Source of the DNA: an uncultured virus (IMG/VR IMGVR_UViG_3300025138_000028)
Lineage: Duplodnaviria; Heunggongvirae; Uroviricota; Caudoviricetes
Virus record (IMG/VR): IMGVR_UViG_3300025138_000028
Length of the DNA stretch: 64,000 bases
Direction: 5' to 3' (one strand)
Shown here: piece by piece, positions 61,292-64,000 of the stretch
Layout of the letters: every line of letters begins with the position of its first letter
Position numbering within the stretch: position 1 is the first letter of the stretch
Position numbers and translations under genes: made by a program
Notes under the pieces: model-generated
What the model saw: only the letters and a program-made list of their open reading frames with translations
What the model was told of the DNA's origin: nothing
Databases searched by the model: none

Positions 61292-62092
61292 ATGACAAAA
61301 ATTCTTCATTTTGTATCTGGTTTACCTAGATCATGTTCTACACTCTTGTGTAATCTTTTAGCTCAGAATCCAAGAATACATGCAAGTCCTACAAGTGCAT
61401 TGCATGAAATAGGGTACATGTCTCGTCACATATTTCAGTCTGAAGAGGCTTCTTTTGTTGACAAAGAAAGTGTACTAAAACCTATGTACTTAGATTATGT
61501 TAGAGGTGGATGTGCAAATGCTTATAACAGTCTAACAAATCGTCCAGTAGTAGTAGATAAACACCGTTCTTGGATTGGGCACTCAGATCAACTGTTTCAA
61601 TTGTGGCCAGAAGCGAAGGTGATTGTTCCAATCAGAGATATTAGAGGTGTAATTTCTAGTATGGAGAAAAAAAGAAGAAAGCATCCTGAGTTTTTAAACC
61701 CTATAGAATTACAAAATCCTTATAATTGGACAACAATTGAAAAGCGTGTTCAAAGTTGGTTAGGCAATACACCTGTTGGTATTGCTATTGATAGATTGCT
61801 TGATGCTTCTACAAGATTTAGTGATAGAATAATGTTCGTACATGCAGAAGAATTGACAAGTAATCCTCAAGAAACGATGAACAAAATTTGGAATTATCTA
61901 GGAGAACAACCTTTTAATCACGATACTAAAAATGTGTTGCAGTATACTAAAGAAATTGATGCTGGTTTTCCTTACGGTGATCATGTTATTAAGCAAGAGA
62001 TAGAGCCTTTAGAAAAGGACTGGAATAAAATTTTAGGAGCTAATATATCAGAAATGATAAATCAAGAGTTTAAATGGATAAACGATCTGTAG
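61292..62092 (+). CDS. Sulfotransferase-family protein
   Basis: 5'-PSB-like loop SGLPRSCSTLL..LLAQNP, DKHRSW, 3'-PB-like RDIRGVISS, and EELTSNPQETMNKIWNYLG. Confidence 0.8.
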   Translation: MTKILHFVSGLPRSCSTLLCNLLAQNPRIHASPTSALHEIGYMSRHIFQSEEASFVDKESVLKPMYLDYVRGGCANAYNSLTNRPVVVDKHRSWIGHSDQLFQLWPEAKVIVPIRDIRGVISSMEKKRRKHPEFLNPIELQNPYNWTTIEKRVQSWLGNTPVGIAIDRLLDASTRFSDRIMFVHAEELTSNPQETMNKIWNYLGEQPFNHDTKNVLQYTKEIDAGFPYGDHVIKQEIEPLEKDWNKILGANISEMINQEFKWINDL

Positions 62093-62107
62093 CAAATAGG
62101 AGACACT

Positions 62108-62578
62108 ATGACGAATCTATATAATTACGATAAAAATACTAAAGAGTATATCAATACTACTATAGCAAAACCTGATCCCATAGATGGTATTGATCGTATT
62201 CCTGCTAACGCTACTACGGTTGCCCCTATGACTGTAGCTGAAGATCGATTGGCTTGTTGGGATGGCACTAATTGGGTTGCTAAAGAAGATCATCGTGGAA
62301 AAGATTTTTGGACTAGTGGCCTTCAGATAGAACCTGAAACTGTTAATTGGATTGGACCTATGCCAGCTGATAAATTTTTAACTAAACCTGCTTTAACGGA
62401 TGCAGAGGCTTCAGCAGACATTCGCTTTAGACGTGATATGCGTTTGAATACCTCAGACAAAAATGCTCTCCCTGACCGTATTACAGACGCTTGGATTGCG
62501 TATAGACAGGAATTAAGGGATGTCCCAAAACAAGCAGGGTTTCCTCACAATATAACATGGCCCACTAAACCCGAATAG
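62108..62578 (+). CDS. Tail fibre assembly chaperone
   Basis: IPANATTVAP, EDHRG and WIAYRQELRDVPKQAGFP.NITWPTKP. Confidence 0.8.
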   Translation: MTNLYNYDKNTKEYINTTIAKPDPIDGIDRIPANATTVAPMTVAEDRLACWDGTNWVAKEDHRGKDFWTSGLQIEPETVNWIGPMPADKFLTKPALTDAEASADIRFRRDMRLNTSDKNALPDRITDAWIAYRQELRDVPKQAGFPHNITWPTKPE

Positions 62579-62604
62579 AATATGCGTAATCAGGAGAAAC
62601 GAGA

Positions 62605-63021
62605 ATGTCTATTACAATTACACAAGTGCGTAATGCACAATCACTTAACGCAGACAACACTCAAATGGATGTAGAAATTAATCATCCCGATTACGGTTGG
62701 ATACCTTACACTTTGGACCCTACCGACACTGATATGACTATCGATAACAATGCTGTAATGTCTTTGATAAGCACAAACTTTACATCTTATGTAGCACCTA
62801 CTCAAGCAGAGTTAGATGCAGAACTTGAAGCAAATCTAAGAAGTCAACGTGACCAGAAGTTAGTAGAAGAATTGGACCCTATAGTAACTAACCCTTTACG
62901 TTGGGCAGAACTTACATCTGATAAGCAAACAGAGTGGACACAATATAGAACTAACTTATTAAATGTACCACAACAGTCAGGGTTTCCTACAAATGTAACT
63001 TGGCCAGATAAACCTGTATAA
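62605..63021 (+). CDS. Tail fibre assembly chaperone-like protein
   Basis: DVEINHPDYGWIPYT; RSQRDQKL...WTQYRTNLLNVPQQSGFPTNVTWPDKP. Confidence 0.75.
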   Translation: MSITITQVRNAQSLNADNTQMDVEINHPDYGWIPYTLDPTDTDMTIDNNAVMSLISTNFTSYVAPTQAELDAELEANLRSQRDQKLVEELDPIVTNPLRWAELTSDKQTEWTQYRTNLLNVPQQSGFPTNVTWPDKPV

Positions 63022-63024
63022 ATA
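63017..63024 (+). promoter_or_regulatory. T4-type late promoter TATAAATA
   Basis: Exact consensus overlapping the chaperone stop, about 20 nt before the next ATG. Confidence 0.65.
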
Positions 63025-63044
63025 TACAATCGGGAGAAACAGAA

Positions 63045-64000
63045 ATGGCATATCCAACAAATCCAACGACCAGTGACACCTATGTTTTAGGAACAAAAAC
63101 TTGGACCTACAATGGCACGAACTGGGTAAATCAAGCAACGTTTGCATCCGGTAGCAATGCTGGTGTAGCATTCTCAGATTTAACAAGTACTCCAACTACA
63201 CTATCTGGCTACGGAATTACAGATGGTGCAACAGGAACAAGTGAATCAGTTCCAGTTGGTACAATAATTTATCATTCAGCCAACACACCACCTACGAATT
63301 TCATAAAAGCCAATGGTGATGCTGTATCGAGGACAACTTACTCTGATTTGTTTACAGTTATTGGAACAACTTTTGGTAGTGGTGACGGCTCTTCCACGTT
63401 CAATGTCCCTGACCTTCGTGGTGAGTTTCCCAGAGGTTGGGATGACAGTCGTGGAATTGATAATGGTCGTAACTTTGGCTCATCTCAAGCTGATGAACTA
63501 AAGGCACACACTCACACATTCTCAACACACTATAATACAGGGGCTGGCGGCGTACCACTGCAGGGGACTTCTTCCCCAGTAGGGACTGTTACCACAAGTA
63601 GCACTGGCGGATCAGAAACCCGCCCAAGAAACATAGCCCTACTTGCTTGCATTAAATATCAAGCAACCTCTTCTGGTGGCGGTGGCGGTGGCGGTTCTCT
63701 CAGCAACATAGTTGAAGATACTACACCACAGCTTGGTGGCAATCTGGACGCACAGACATTTGATATCACTACTACAGGAAAGATACTATACGCGAATATG
63801 TATGCTACAGAAGGTGATTTGCCAAGTGCGACCACCTATCACGGTATGTTTGCACATGTTCATGGTACAGGAGCAGGTTACTTTGCTCATGGCGGTAATT
63901 GGATTAAACTAGCAAATCATGCAGACCTGAGTAGTGCAGGTAGTACAACCTTTAATGCCATTGGAACTTATTGTTTGGGGTTCTATACTGGTCTTGGCAC
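63045..64000 (+). CDS. Tail-collar fibre protein running off the window end (absent from the ORF track)
   Basis: Hand translation from ATG 63045 (RBS GGGAG) gives MAYPTNPTTSD...VPVGTIIYH...PDLRGEFPRG...RPRNIALLACIKYQ...YHGMFAHVHG..., with no stop before 64000. Confidence 0.85.
   Translation, partial: MAYPTNPTTSDTYVLGTKTWTYNGTNWVNQATFASGSNAGVAFSDLTSTPTTLSGYGITDGATGTSESVPVGTIIYHSANTPPTNFIKANGDAVSRTTYSDLFTVIGTTFGSGDGSSTFNVPDLRGEFPRGWDDSRGIDNGRNFGSSQADELKAHTHTFSTHYNTGAGGVPLQGTSSPVGTVTTSSTGGSETRPRNIALLACIKYQATSSGGGGGGGSLSNIVEDTTPQLGGNLDAQTFDITTTGKILYANMYATEGDLPSATTYHGMFAHVHGTGAGYFAHGGNWIKLANHADLSSAGSTTFNAIGTYCLGFYTGLG

Noticed and set aside
59700..63660. Possible diversity-generating retroelement TR/VR pair (similar collar-coding DNA at about 59700-59930 and 63250-63470)
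   Set aside because: Differences involve all bases and are mostly synonymous rather than adenine-specific; both copies are coding; no reverse transcriptase is in the window.
1..64000. tRNA genes or stop-codon reassignment
   Set aside because: Intergenic gaps are short and show no cloverleaf that I could recognise; the standard code gives full-length conserved genes ending in TAA, TAG and TGA.

Overview
A 64 kb segment of an AT-rich T4-like myovirus genome with a gene order typical of marine T4-like phages; the host cannot be determined from this window. All credible genes lie on the + strand. The backbone is the late structural module: baseplate gp25-gp6-gp7-gp8, a VrlC-like protein split into two ORFs, many fibre/adhesin genes including a 4570-aa giant, then gp13-gp14 (split)-gp15-gp16-gp17-gp18-gp19-gp20, and finally an array of tail-collar fibre and chaperone cassettes containing a sulfotransferase. 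TATAAATA late promoters punctuate the module. The stand-out feature is a ~10.8 kb, 14-gene island (11843-22631) between two paralogous fibre genes, preceded by its own sigma70-type promoter. It encodes five radical SAM enzymes (four with Cys-rich SPASM/twitch-like tails, one B12-binding type), five cupin/2OG-Fe(II) oxygenase-like proteins, three unknowns and a 258-aa protein ending in CHSN-CHSN-CHAS-RGRR. This suggests a RiPP-like protein-modification system in a phage virion module. A second striking signal is selective enrichment of the Asp-Ser dipeptide in several virion proteins, a candidate modification sequon. All product calls come from motif recognition and synteny by eye; no database searches were run.
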